This document shows positions 10,009 to 19,371 of a stretch of 64,000 bases of DNA, piece by piece (the stretch's first letter is position 1; every line of letters starts with the position of its first letter). Source of the stretch: a candidate division FCPU426 bacterium (GTDB taxonomy: Bacteria; Oederibacteriota; Muellerivitia; Muellerivitales; Muellerivitaceae); contig CAWCKJ010000003.1 in NCBI GenBank assembly GCA_963796105.1, forward strand, positions 832,001-896,000. Reading direction: 5' to 3'. A model generated the notes under the pieces. It saw nothing but the letters and a program-made list of their open reading frames with translations, made no database searches and was not told the origin of the DNA. Both the position numbers and the translations under genes were made by a program.

Positions 10009-10737
10009 GTGAAAAACGCGAAGCTATTCTTATTAACGGTTCTATTGGCGCTATCCGGCTCGGCTTATAGCGCGAATATTTCGGAATATTCGCTCAAAGC
10101 CACCTACCTTTCCAATTTCGCCGAACTTGTGAAATGGCCAAAATCCGCGTTTACCGATAATACCTCGCCGATCGTCTTGGGTATTCTGGGAGAAGACCCA
10201 TTTGGGACCACAATAGATGAAACAGTCACGGGCAAAACCGTGGGAGGCCGTTCCTTGATCGTGAAGCGTTTTAACAATTTCACGGAGGATCAATTGGCCG
10301 AAATAAAAAATTGCCAAATCCTATTCATCGCCGATTCGGAACAGGACAACATCAGGGAAATCCTGTCAAATTTGAAAGATACCGCGTTGCTGACCGTCTC
10401 TGAAATCAACCGCTTCCCCATGATGGGGGGAATGATCAGTTTCACGCAGGAAGGCGACATCATCGGGCTGGTCGTGAATCAAAAAACGGCCATAAAAGCA
10501 GGATTGAAAATCAGTCCCCAATTGCTGAAGGTCGCGAAACTTTATATGCAGGTGAACGCCTCGAAAGTCAGGACACTTTATTACGAGGGGATCCAGCTTT
10601 ACCTCAACGGGGAGATCAAGGCAGCCATCAAGAAGTGGAAGGAATGCCTGGACGAAGACCCGGGATACATCGACGCTAAAGAGAAAATTTCCAAGGCCAG
10701 AGCCAAGCTTAAAGCTCTCACAAGCATCAGCGAATAA
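10009..10737 (+). CDS. YfiR/DUF4154-family periplasmic protein with C-terminal TPR-like extension
   Basis: EYSLKATYLSNFAELVKWP, ILGEDPFG, CQILFI, LLTVSE, GGMISF, GLKISPQLLKVA; followed by a TPR-like helix pair. Confidence 0.88.
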   Translation: MKNAKLFLLTVLLALSGSAYSANISEYSLKATYLSNFAELVKWPKSAFTDNTSPIVLGILGEDPFGTTIDETVTGKTVGGRSLIVKRFNNFTEDQLAEIKNCQILFIADSEQDNIREILSNLKDTALLTVSEINRFPMMGGMISFTQEGDIIGLVVNQKTAIKAGLKISPQLLKVAKLYMQVNASKVRTLYYEGIQLYLNGEIKAAIKKWKECLDEDPGYIDAKEKISKARAKLKALTSISE

Positions 10738-10819
10738 ATCACCTCATCCTCTTAAGCACAGGAATAATCGCGTCTCTTCTCTTGTTCTTGTCCGGCCTTT
10801 TCCATTTTAGCTTTTAGTT

Positions 10820-12388
10820 TTATTCAACAACACCCGCGTCTGTGGGCGGATGGTGGAGGGGCCTGTTCGGGAGGAAAAAACCCATAAAAACCCCCATCAT
10901 GCACAAGGCGCCCCCGAACATAAAAGCGTCTTGATATCCATGAACCAGGGCTCCTTGGACGACGGACTTTCCCATCACCGTCTGGGCGAACATCCGCGCG
11001 TCAAGGTGGTTGAGGCCCAACCCTTTCGCGTGAATCATCAATCCCGAGACAGCTCGGTTGACGGCGGAGCTTGATATCTGCATTCCAGATCCCATGACCC
11101 CCAAGTGGTAAACAGCGCGGTGGCTGAAAACGGTAGCCAGAAGCGCGATGCCGATGGATCCCCCGACTTGCATGGTGATGTTCATGAGGCTGGAGGCCAT
11201 GGGAATTTCCTTGTGCTCCACCGCGTTCATGGCGGCGGCAGTCATGGGGGCCATCAGGAGGCCCATACCCACGCCTCGGATCAACGTCGGCCAAATGACG
11301 TCCCACAAGCTCATGGAAGGATCGATATTGCGGTATTCCCACATGAACCAGGTGGTGAGGAGCATCCCAATAACGGTGGGGATTCGAGGGCCAATGGAAT
11401 CACTGATTTTGCCTGAGATGGGCATGATGAGAGAGACGACCAGGGCCCCCGGCAACATGGCCAAACCTGTTTGAATCTCGTTAAGCCCCATCATTCTTTG
11501 CAGGAAAAGGGGTATCAGGAAGAGACCCCCGAAAAGAGCCACCGAGCGCATGAGGCCCAAGATCATTGTGATAGTGAAAACCCCGTGTCTGAAAACCTTG
11601 AGGTTGATAATGGGTTCTTGCACCACGTTTTCCACCAACATGAACAGCACGAAACCAATCAGGCTCAAAAAAGCGCACCAGAAAATATATTCCGAGTTCC
11701 AGCCTTTGGACTCCCCCTTGGAAAGCCCCAAGAGAAACGCCACTAGGAAAAGGGTCATGGAAAAAAATCCCATGTAGTCAAAGGTCTCCCGGGCGTGCTC
11801 GGATTTTCGGTCCTTTCGAAGGATTTCGATGGCCATGAGGACGGCGAAAATGCCCACCGGCAGGTTCACCAGGAAGATGGATCGCCAACCGAAGTCGTGA
11901 GTAAGCCATCCCCCCAGGGTGGGACCGATGGTGGGTCCCATGATGACGCCCATGCCCCAGAAGCCCATGGCTTTCCCCCGCTCCCGCGGTGGAAAAACAT
12001 CCGAGATCATGGCCATGCCCGTGGGATTGATCGCGCCTCCCCCCAGGGCCTGCAGGATGCGGGCGGTGATGAGGGATGGAAGATTCCAGGCCAAGCCGCA
12101 CATCAGCGACCCGCCGGTAAACAGGATCAAGCTGTAAATGAAGATTCGTTTGTAGCCGATATGGTCGCGCAGCCAGCCTGTCATGGGCATCAACACGGCG
12201 AAGGCCAGCATATAGCCTGTCATAACCCATTCGATGTCATCCACGTCCACGCCGAAGTCGGCCATGATGTTTGGGATGGACACGTTCACGATGCTGCTGT
12301 CCATCACGGCCATGAAAGTGCCGATCATGACGACCAGCAAAACCCACCATTTGTAGGATTGGTCAGCCTCGACGGCGGGAGCTTCCAT
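10820..12388 (-). CDS. DHA2-family MFS multidrug efflux permease (EmrB-like)
   Basis: GTFMAVMDSSIVNVSIP, WVMTGY, RILQALGGG, ERGKAMG, GPTIGPTLGG, WRSIFLVNLPVG. Confidence 0.95.
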   Translation of the reverse strand: MEAPAVEADQSYKWWVLLVVMIGTFMAVMDSSIVNVSIPNIMADFGVDVDDIEWVMTGYMLAFAVLMPMTGWLRDHIGYKRIFIYSLILFTGGSLMCGLAWNLPSLITARILQALGGGAINPTGMAMISDVFPPRERGKAMGFWGMGVIMGPTIGPTLGGWLTHDFGWRSIFLVNLPVGIFAVLMAIEILRKDRKSEHARETFDYMGFFSMTLFLVAFLLGLSKGESKGWNSEYIFWCAFLSLIGFVLFMLVENVVQEPIINLKVFRHGVFTITMILGLMRSVALFGGLFLIPLFLQRMMGLNEIQTGLAMLPGALVVSLIMPISGKISDSIGPRIPTVIGMLLTTWFMWEYRNIDPSMSLWDVIWPTLIRGVGMGLLMAPMTAAAMNAVEHKEIPMASSLMNITMQVGGSIGIALLATVFSHRAVYHLGVMGSGMQISSSAVNRAVSGLMIHAKGLGLNHLDARMFAQTVMGKSVVQGALVHGYQDAFMFGGALCMMGVFMGFFLPNRPLHHPPTDAGVVE

Positions 12389-12390
12389 GC

Positions 12391-13272
12391 TTATCTTGTC
12401 CGGATACTGATCTCAACCGATTGGCCAACGCGTAAAACTCGGCCCGGGTGCGGATCAAGGACCACCTTGATGGCGACCCTCTGGACCTGCTTGGTGAAAT
12501 TGCCGGAACCGTTATCGGCCGGAATCAAGGCGAACTGGGCGGCCACGGCCTGCCTGATTTCAGAAACTTTTCCCGTCAAGTTCCCTCCCTCGTCCACGGA
12601 AATCTTGACTGATTGGCCGGCCTTCACTCCACCCACTTTTGTTTCCTCGATATTGGATGCCACCCAGGCATGCACCAGGTCGGCCACAGCGAAGACGCTT
12701 TGCCCGGTTTCAAGCATATTTCCGACTTCAGCGGTCTTCTGGACCACAATGCCGTCCAGGGGGCTCTTGATGTAGGTTCTTTCCACCGCCAGACGGGCCA
12801 GATCGTCATCCGTTTGCGCCGCGCGGAAATCCTGCAATGCCGAGTCCAATTGCTGTTGGGGCGCGGCCCTGCCGGCCACAAGCCGGTTGAGGCGCTGATA
12901 TTGAATCTCCGCGAGGGTCTTTCTCGCCTCAGCTTTGGCGAACAGGGCGTTCGCCTGGGTGTGATCCAGCTCGGCTAAAACCATCCCGACGGTGACGGAA
13001 GTCCCCTCGGTGGCGTAAACAGATACCAGCGGACCAGCCGCGCCCTCGTTGGAAAGACGCACGAGAGTGGCGTCAATGCGTGCGTCATCAGTGGAAACAT
13101 AGGGATGGAAGAAAAACCACCAAACCAAGAATCCCGCGAGGACGACGACCAATGAAACCCGGAATGTAGCTTTGGACCTGGGATGTTTCCACCAGTCCGC
13201 TGGCCGGTTTCCATTCGAAAAATTTTCCTGCCCATTGGATTGGGATGTTGGGGAGTTGTTTTGAGTTGTCAC
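12391..13272 (-). CDS. HlyD/EmrA-family membrane fusion protein
   Basis: Single TM, STDDA, IKSPLDG, FALIPADNGSGNFTKQVQRV motif; coupled to the MFS gene. Confidence 0.93.
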   Translation of the reverse strand: MTTQNNSPTSQSNGQENFSNGNRPADWWKHPRSKATFRVSLVVVLAGFLVWWFFFHPYVSTDDARIDATLVRLSNEGAAGPLVSVYATEGTSVTVGMVLAELDHTQANALFAKAEARKTLAEIQYQRLNRLVAGRAAPQQQLDSALQDFRAAQTDDDLARLAVERTYIKSPLDGIVVQKTAEVGNMLETGQSVFAVADLVHAWVASNIEETKVGGVKAGQSVKISVDEGGNLTGKVSEIRQAVAAQFALIPADNGSGNFTKQVQRVAIKVVLDPHPGRVLRVGQSVEISIRTR

Positions 13273-13536
13273 TGCGCTTGTCCTTTATTTATTCATCATT
13301 GATCATAAAACATAAAACCATTCCGAAATGAATCGTGGGCGATTCCCTTTTCAAGACCGGCATTCTACTCTTTATGCGATATTTAGCAAATTGCCGTTCT
13401 TTCATTAGAAGTAACCCAAAACATTGAGGTTCGGTTAAATAAGCAATATAGTAAATTTAGAAATTGGTTCAGAATGATTAACGTATTTGGCAAATCTTAA
13501 TTCATTCTTCAACCCGGGCTTAAGGATAACAAAAAA

Positions 13537-15717
13537 ATGCCAATGTTAGATGTTTTAAGAAACCGGGCATGGAAATTCTTTTGGCCCGTCTTTTACCTCG
13601 CAATGTGGGAAATCTTGTTGCGAGCGCAAAACCCAGGCCTGATGACCGATGACAGCGGTGAGATCGCAACAGCCTCGATCTGCCTGGGAATCGGGCATGC
13701 CCCGGGCTATCCTCTTTATATTCTGATTTCGCGGCTTGCCGGCCTTCTGCCGGTCGGCACCCCGGTTTTCAGGCTGAATCTCCTAGCGTCTCTATTTACC
13801 TTATTGGCTATCCATTTGACCCTTGTGGCCTGCCGCAAGCTTCACAAAGAATCCAGTGATACCCTGCCTATAATTCAACAAGAATTGTGGTTGGTGTTCA
13901 CTGCCTTCTCATTGTTGTTCTGTGAGAGTGTATTTGCCCAGAGCCTTACCGCTAAGGGTGGGATTTACACCTTTACGTTGATGAACTTCGCCCTGATGCT
14001 CTGGGCTTGTTCCGCCGCGGAATCGGACAGGTGGATTCTCTGGGTTTTGTTCATTTGGTCGGTCGGAATGGGATCCCATTGGCCCTTCCAGGTTATATTC
14101 TTAATCATGTTGCTTATCCGCTATGGGCCGAAAATCTCGAATCAATCTCCGCCTAAAATCTTTCACGGGCTGTCTTTCACAATAATAGGTTTTTCCTCAT
14201 TCCTTTATCTTCCCTTGCGGGCCGCGAAATCCCCCCCTTTGAATTGGGAAAACCCCCGAACCCTTGAGGCCTTTTGGTCCATTGTCTCCAGAAGGTATTT
14301 CACCGCGGGTGAATTCGCCAGCCGCAGCCAGGGCGAATGGGTACGGAACATCCTCGAATTCCTGAAAGTAATGGGTCTGCATTGGTGGCCCGGTTTAGTC
14401 CTGCTGGGAATAGCGGGTGCCTGGTTCCTTTTCCGCCAGCGGCCAGCCTTGGCAGCGGCTTATCTTGGTTGTTACGCGGTCCTTGTGGCCGCCATTATCC
14501 GTGTCACTCATTTCGACACAAGCACTCTTTATTTGGAAACAAATTATCTCGTATGTACCCAGGCCTTACCAGCCTTGCTAGCTTACATCGGGGCGGCGTC
14601 CCTGACAAACCGATGGCTGTGTTCCCTGCCAAAATTGGCGTCAGGTGTCGCCCTGACGGCCGTCTTCGCGGCCGCCTGCTGGGGTTATTTGGTTTTCGAC
14701 CGCCAGCAAAAATCTTCTTATACAATCGCGGAGGATCTCGGCGTCAATTTGCTCAAGGAACTTCCAAAGGATTCCCTGGTCATGTTGGACACGGATGTGA
14801 CAATCATGCCAGGACTCTACCAGAGGTATATCCAAGGCAAGAGGCCTGATGTAGCGATGATTTTCCTCCCTTTCATCCAATCCAATTGGGGTTTTGCTCA
14901 GGCCGTGGCTGAAAACAAGGATCGAATAAATCCAAAGGGTTCAGTCAGGAGTTTCCAGGATGCCGTGCGAATTTTCATGGATCCCAGCCGAACCATGTGC
15001 TCAGCCTTTTTCTACGCGTCCTATAAGCAGACTCTTGAACAGGCTGGGTTGGGAGACCTGGCTGGACGTCTTAAACCATGGGGCTTGAGTTATCGGCTTA
15101 GTACGGAATCGCAGGAACCAGAACAAATTTCTTCCGAGGTTTGGCATATTACTTCAAGGCACCGGTTGAGGAATATTGACACTGTAAAGAACCTTCCAGA
15201 AACCGAGTTCACGTGTCAGGTTTACCGGAATGATTACGCCCGCCCCCACTTGGAGGCTGGCTACCTTCTTTTAAAAAACGGGTTTCTCTATGACGCTGTC
15301 CGGCAATATCAAAAAGCCTTGTTGATTTTTCCGGACGTGCGGGGTGTTTACCTAAATTTAGCCTTGTATTTCGAAGGGGCCGGTTATCTGGATATGGCTG
15401 AGGTTTTTTGTGAAAAGGAAATGACGGTCGCCCCTGATTCGGCGGATGCCCTGGAAACCCGCGGGGATATCCTCATGAAACTGGGGGCTTGGCGCAATGC
15501 CGCGGACACTTATGGACTTTGTCTGAAAATCAACCCTGGTTCAAGCAACGCCCGGATCAATCAGGAAATCGCTATGGGCAAATTAACCGCCACCCCTCCC
15601 GCCATTCTCCCGCCCAGAAAGAGTGCGGACGAATACAACGTCCTTGGAAAGAAATTTCAACAAGATGGCCAGGATATGCTCGCTTCAGTAGCTTTTGAGA
15701 CAGCCCGAAAGAATTAG
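13537..15717 (+). CDS. DUF2723 (TMEM260-like GT-C) membrane glycosyltransferase with C-terminal TPRs
   Basis: DDSGEIATA..LGIGHAPGYPLY..FRLNLLAS, YLPLRA..PPLNWENP, multiple TM helices, RPDV, TPR-like tail. Confidence 0.85.
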   Translation: MPMLDVLRNRAWKFFWPVFYLAMWEILLRAQNPGLMTDDSGEIATASICLGIGHAPGYPLYILISRLAGLLPVGTPVFRLNLLASLFTLLAIHLTLVACRKLHKESSDTLPIIQQELWLVFTAFSLLFCESVFAQSLTAKGGIYTFTLMNFALMLWACSAAESDRWILWVLFIWSVGMGSHWPFQVIFLIMLLIRYGPKISNQSPPKIFHGLSFTIIGFSSFLYLPLRAAKSPPLNWENPRTLEAFWSIVSRRYFTAGEFASRSQGEWVRNILEFLKVMGLHWWPGLVLLGIAGAWFLFRQRPALAAAYLGCYAVLVAAIIRVTHFDTSTLYLETNYLVCTQALPALLAYIGAASLTNRWLCSLPKLASGVALTAVFAAACWGYLVFDRQQKSSYTIAEDLGVNLLKELPKDSLVMLDTDVTIMPGLYQRYIQGKRPDVAMIFLPFIQSNWGFAQAVAENKDRINPKGSVRSFQDAVRIFMDPSRTMCSAFFYASYKQTLEQAGLGDLAGRLKPWGLSYRLSTESQEPEQISSEVWHITSRHRLRNIDTVKNLPETEFTCQVYRNDYARPHLEAGYLLLKNGFLYDAVRQYQKALLIFPDVRGVYLNLALYFEGAGYLDMAEVFCEKEMTVAPDSADALETRGDILMKLGAWRNAADTYGLCLKINPGSSNARINQEIAMGKLTATPPAILPPRKSADEYNVLGKKFQQDGQDMLASVAFETARKN

Positions 15718-15731
15718 GTGTTAATCAAACC

Positions 15732-16493
15732 TCAATAAATGTTCCACCGGCTCGGATTAGTTAATACCATTTCGGCCGAAACAGCCTGCAACTCCCTTGC
15801 GGTTCCCCTGGATACGCCTTCCGGATAATCCAAACCCTCTGGGCTTTTTTGGAATATTACCGAATAAAAAACACAAGCCGCCAGATATGTCCCCGCTAAG
15901 GTAGGATGGCTTCCATCTCCCTGCCATAACTGTAAATCCGGGTCTTTCTGTATAGCTTTTTTCCAAGCCTCACCCACGGGCGCTATTCTCAGATGGAGTT
16001 CATTGGCAATACCCATATAACCCGTTGTCAGTTGGGCCTGCATGGAACTGAAGTCGTTGAATCCAACCTCGGTCATGCCTTTTTGCCTGCCCCAGGTCAT
16101 GTAAAGGACCGGCTCCGCGCCCGCTTGCTTGATTTTATCGGCTAATGACCTGACGGCGGGATACATTCCCTGCTCCCTCTCTCGTTCCAAGGAAGGAATG
16201 ATGCTTTGTTCCTGCATAACAACGACATCCCATTTTTTCCCGTTAATCTTATCAATCGTGTCCTTTGAATCGGAATGCTGGGCCAAGGTCCAGCCGCCCC
16301 GTGCAATCATGTCCGTAAAAACCCGCCTGTGGCCGGACCGGGCCAAATCCGACAGTACTTTGGGAAGATTGTTCACGAATGTATAGCTATTGCCAATAAA
16401 CAACAGGGTCACCGGCGGGCTAATCATTTCTTCTTCGCCGCATCCGGCTTGAAAAATAGTTAGGCAGATTAATAATAGAATTTTCTTAATCAA
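15732..16493 (-). CDS. SGNH-fold hydrolase (DUF4886-like) lipoprotein
   Basis: Lipobox FQAGC, LLFIGNSYT, WDVVVMQEQS, APVGEAW, DGSHP. Confidence 0.85.
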   Translation of the reverse strand: MIKKILLLICLTIFQAGCGEEEMISPPVTLLFIGNSYTFVNNLPKVLSDLARSGHRRVFTDMIARGGWTLAQHSDSKDTIDKINGKKWDVVVMQEQSIIPSLEREREQGMYPAVRSLADKIKQAGAEPVLYMTWGRQKGMTEVGFNDFSSMQAQLTTGYMGIANELHLRIAPVGEAWKKAIQKDPDLQLWQGDGSHPTLAGTYLAACVFYSVIFQKSPEGLDYPEGVSRGTARELQAVSAEMVLTNPSRWNIY

Positions 16494-16658
16494 GCCCTCG
16501 CCTCCAAAATGGTCATGCTTAGATGGACAAAGTTAACCTGCGCTAAAAATATCGGGTTAATAGGGCAACAAATCATAAAGCCGAAATTGTAAGCACCTGA
16601 AAATGAATTTCAGAAGATTAAATTCAAGCGAAATTAAAATTTTCTAGTCTTTTAACCG

Positions 16659-16834
16659 AACCAAATCCAAATATTCGACAACGAAATGGCATTCTGGGGC
16701 CAGTAGGGGAATTAGGGACCAAAGAAGGCCAACTCAACCGTCCCACGGCAGTGGCTTTCGGCCCATCCAGAAACGCGTTCGTGGTGGACGCTGAAAATCA
16801 CCGGATCCAGAAATTCCGGTTGATAAATCCATAG
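16659..16834 (+). pseudogene. Remnant 3' end of an NHL-repeat gene
   Basis: Translates NQIQIFDNEMAFWGQ* then, after a frameshift, GELGTKEGQLNRPTAVAFGPSRNAFVVDAENHRIQKFRLINP*. Confidence 0.7.
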
Positions 16835-17021
16835 CTGCACTTACCACTTTTTACATTTTCACGGTTTTTAAGCGCTTTTACACGGTGAATTACCATCAAT
16901 TCGTTTCCAGCAGAAACTGAGTTTAGTGAAAAAAGGGGAAAGAGAGTATAATTTATCTCGCAATACTCGAAAGAGCAGTCGGAATGGGTCATCCGTAAAA
17001 TTTCGGGTCGGGTGGTGTTCA

Positions 17022-17477
17022 ATGTTTCGTTTGAAAAGCAAGGGTTTTACTTTGATTGAGTTGATGATCGTCGTGGCGATCATAGGAGTATTGGCTTCCA
17101 TCGCCATCCCGCGATTCGCCCAGATGCTGGAAAAGGCCCGCGAGGGCTCTACGAAGGGCAACCTGGGAAGCCTCAAGGCCGCGGGGCAGGTCTATTACAG
17201 CGACGCCCAAGGTGTTTGGCCGACCACCTTACAGAGTTCCCCGGCCTATTCCTTTAGTAAATACTTGGACGATATCTCTCCCGTGAAAGTGACGGGATCT
17301 TTCGTGATAGGAGCCTCAAGCCCCGCCGGCGCCATCGTCTCCATGACGACAATGACTTCCGTTCCATCCGGAGCCAATGCGGGATGGCTCTACGACTCCA
17401 CGATGGGCAATGTCTACGTCAACAGCACCGTCCAGGATTCCAAACAGCTTCCCTATTCATTTTATGGGTTTGAATAA
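17022..17477 (+). CDS. Type IV pilin / GspG-like prepilin
   Basis: Class III signal KG|FTLIELMIVVAIIGVLASIAIP; likely start ATG at 17022. Confidence 0.9.
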   Translation: MFRLKSKGFTLIELMIVVAIIGVLASIAIPRFAQMLEKAREGSTKGNLGSLKAAGQVYYSDAQGVWPTTLQSSPAYSFSKYLDDISPVKVTGSFVIGASSPAGAIVSMTTMTSVPSGANAGWLYDSTMGNVYVNSTVQDSKQLPYSFYGFE

Positions 17478-17575
17478 TTTATCTGGAATTTTTCAAAGAG
17501 ATTCTTCCGCACATCCTTCCACGTTCCTCGAGAAATCAATTTTCCAAATCATGTCTTTTTTATCATCTTTTAAGA

Positions 17576-18607
17576 TCAACGCGCTGGAGGCACCTTGAAT
17601 AGGGCCGCTGTGGTTCCCCTTGAAATCATTAAAACATTGTCTGAATTGACGGCAATGCCCCTTACTCCCCGGAACGGATCTCCCGACCCCTTCTCGTCCG
17701 TCAAATCTCCCGCATAATTCCCATTAGGGTCATAAACTTTTACGCAGCTTTCATTGCCTCCAAGGGCCAGATATACCCGGCCGGCTTTGTCGACGCAGAC
17801 GGCATTGGGATTATCATAACACTTGATTAATTTCTTCACATTCCCATCCAGATCCATCCACTGGAGGCGTTTGTTCCCGCAGTCAGAGATGAAATAGTTG
17901 CCTTTTCCATCGGAAGCGATGTCCGATGGGCTCTCGAATTTTCCAGGTCCTTTCCCGCTCGATCCCAGGATTTTCACCAAAGTCCCTTCTTTAGAAACCA
18001 GCACGACTCTGTGGCTTCCGGTGTCAGCGACAGCGAATTGGCGCCCGTCAAAAGCCACCCCTCTCGGGCCGTAAAAGCCGCCGACGCGATCCAAGTCCAC
18101 ATCAAGAATTTGCCTGCCGTTTTCGTCAAATCCCTTGATAGCGGCGCCCCAGCTATCAATCACATATATGTTACCGTTGGAATCCGAGCTCATTCCTGAA
18201 GGCTCGACGAATTCCATCGGTCCTTTCTTTTTCGCGGCCTTGCCGACGGATCGCAGGAAATTTCCCTTAAAGTCGAAAAATAGCAACCGGCCGTTTTGCT
18301 GGTCGCAAAGGACGAACCAATTCTGGCCTGCAACAGGCGCAATACCCCAGGCGTTAAAAAAGCCGGAGGGATTATTGTCGCCCGACACGGTCAGAATATG
18401 CTCGACCTTGAAGGGTTTACCCGAGTCCCCGCGGAAGAGATTAAAGGCCTTATAGACCAGGAAAATTAAAATAGCGGCTATCAGGAATTTTACCAGGTTC
18501 GAGCCCCCGCCCGCGGGGGAAGCCGCTGGAGGAGCCGCCATTGGAACCGGCTCATAGCTCGTACGGACCGCTGATTTTTTTCGGACCACTTTCTTTCTGG
18601 ACGCCAT
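17576..18607 (-). CDS. Membrane-anchored NHL-repeat beta-propeller protein
   Basis: Single TM then repeats FVEPSGM, FYGPRGVA, FESPSDIA, VADTGSHRV; GGAGG RBS before ATG at 18607. Confidence 0.88.
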   Translation of the reverse strand: MASRKKVVRKKSAVRTSYEPVPMAAPPAASPAGGGSNLVKFLIAAILIFLVYKAFNLFRGDSGKPFKVEHILTVSGDNNPSGFFNAWGIAPVAGQNWFVLCDQQNGRLLFFDFKGNFLRSVGKAAKKKGPMEFVEPSGMSSDSNGNIYVIDSWGAAIKGFDENGRQILDVDLDRVGGFYGPRGVAFDGRQFAVADTGSHRVVLVSKEGTLVKILGSSGKGPGKFESPSDIASDGKGNYFISDCGNKRLQWMDLDGNVKKLIKCYDNPNAVCVDKAGRVYLALGGNESCVKVYDPNGNYAGDLTDEKGSGDPFRGVRGIAVNSDNVLMISRGTTAALFKVPPAR

Positions 18608-18811
18608 AATTCCTCCCTGCATGATGTGGATCGCCTTCTAATGAAAAACCATATTAAGTTTAGAAAAGCATCCTGCCAACCCCCAAGTATTCCACAAGGG
18701 ATCGATAAGCCTTCCTTGAATCTTTCCGACCCCTATTATGCCTCATTCCACACCCAATTTGTTCAAGATCGCCATAAAAGATTATAGCCATGAAACAATG
18801 TTTTGAAAGAC

Positions 18812-19300
18812 TCACTTCCAGGGTTTTAACCCTAGAGTTCGTTCCAGGAATTTCAAAATCTGAGTTTTAACGGAACCCTGCAAGGAATAGCCCGCTCGGT
18901 TCCATAACATTCCAATAGGCAAGATGATTAGGGAAAAAACAATAATCCCGATGGTCTCAATCAAGTGTGGCAGATAATAGGAAAGCACAACCAGGAAAAA
19001 TAAGAAAAAAGACACGATAATCAGGGCCTCAAAGAGAGCACCAGGCGCATAGCCAAAATAACCCTCGATCCTCGAGCCTTTTCCCTGGGACTTGATCGTC
19101 CCATAAAAGTTTGGGATGCCTGGAATCGAAATAAGCCTGTTTCGGCGGCGGATGTACAATCGAAAGCCCTTCTCATCGAAAGTGCATTTCATAGCCGGGT
19201 CTTTGCTTTCCATAATTTTTTCAAGGCACGCTTCCGGGGAGAGATCGGTTTCAAAAAAGGCCTTTTCCTTGAAGCCAATAATGTTTTGAATCAAATCCAC
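18812..19300 (-). CDS. Hypothetical membrane protein (2 TM)
   Basis: ORF with GGAG RBS and two C-terminal hydrophobic segments. Confidence 0.65.
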   Translation of the reverse strand: MDLIQNIIGFKEKAFFETDLSPEACLEKIMESKDPAMKCTFDEKGFRLYIRRRNRLISIPGIPNFYGTIKSQGKGSRIEGYFGYAPGALFEALIIVSFFLFFLVVLSYYLPHLIETIGIIVFSLIILPIGMLWNRAGYSLQGSVKTQILKFLERTLGLKPWK

Positions 19301-19371
19301 GGTTATTCTCCAAAACGATGGGATTTTATTGTTTATTTAAAAAGCAAAGATCCGCACCGGAATGGGACCTA

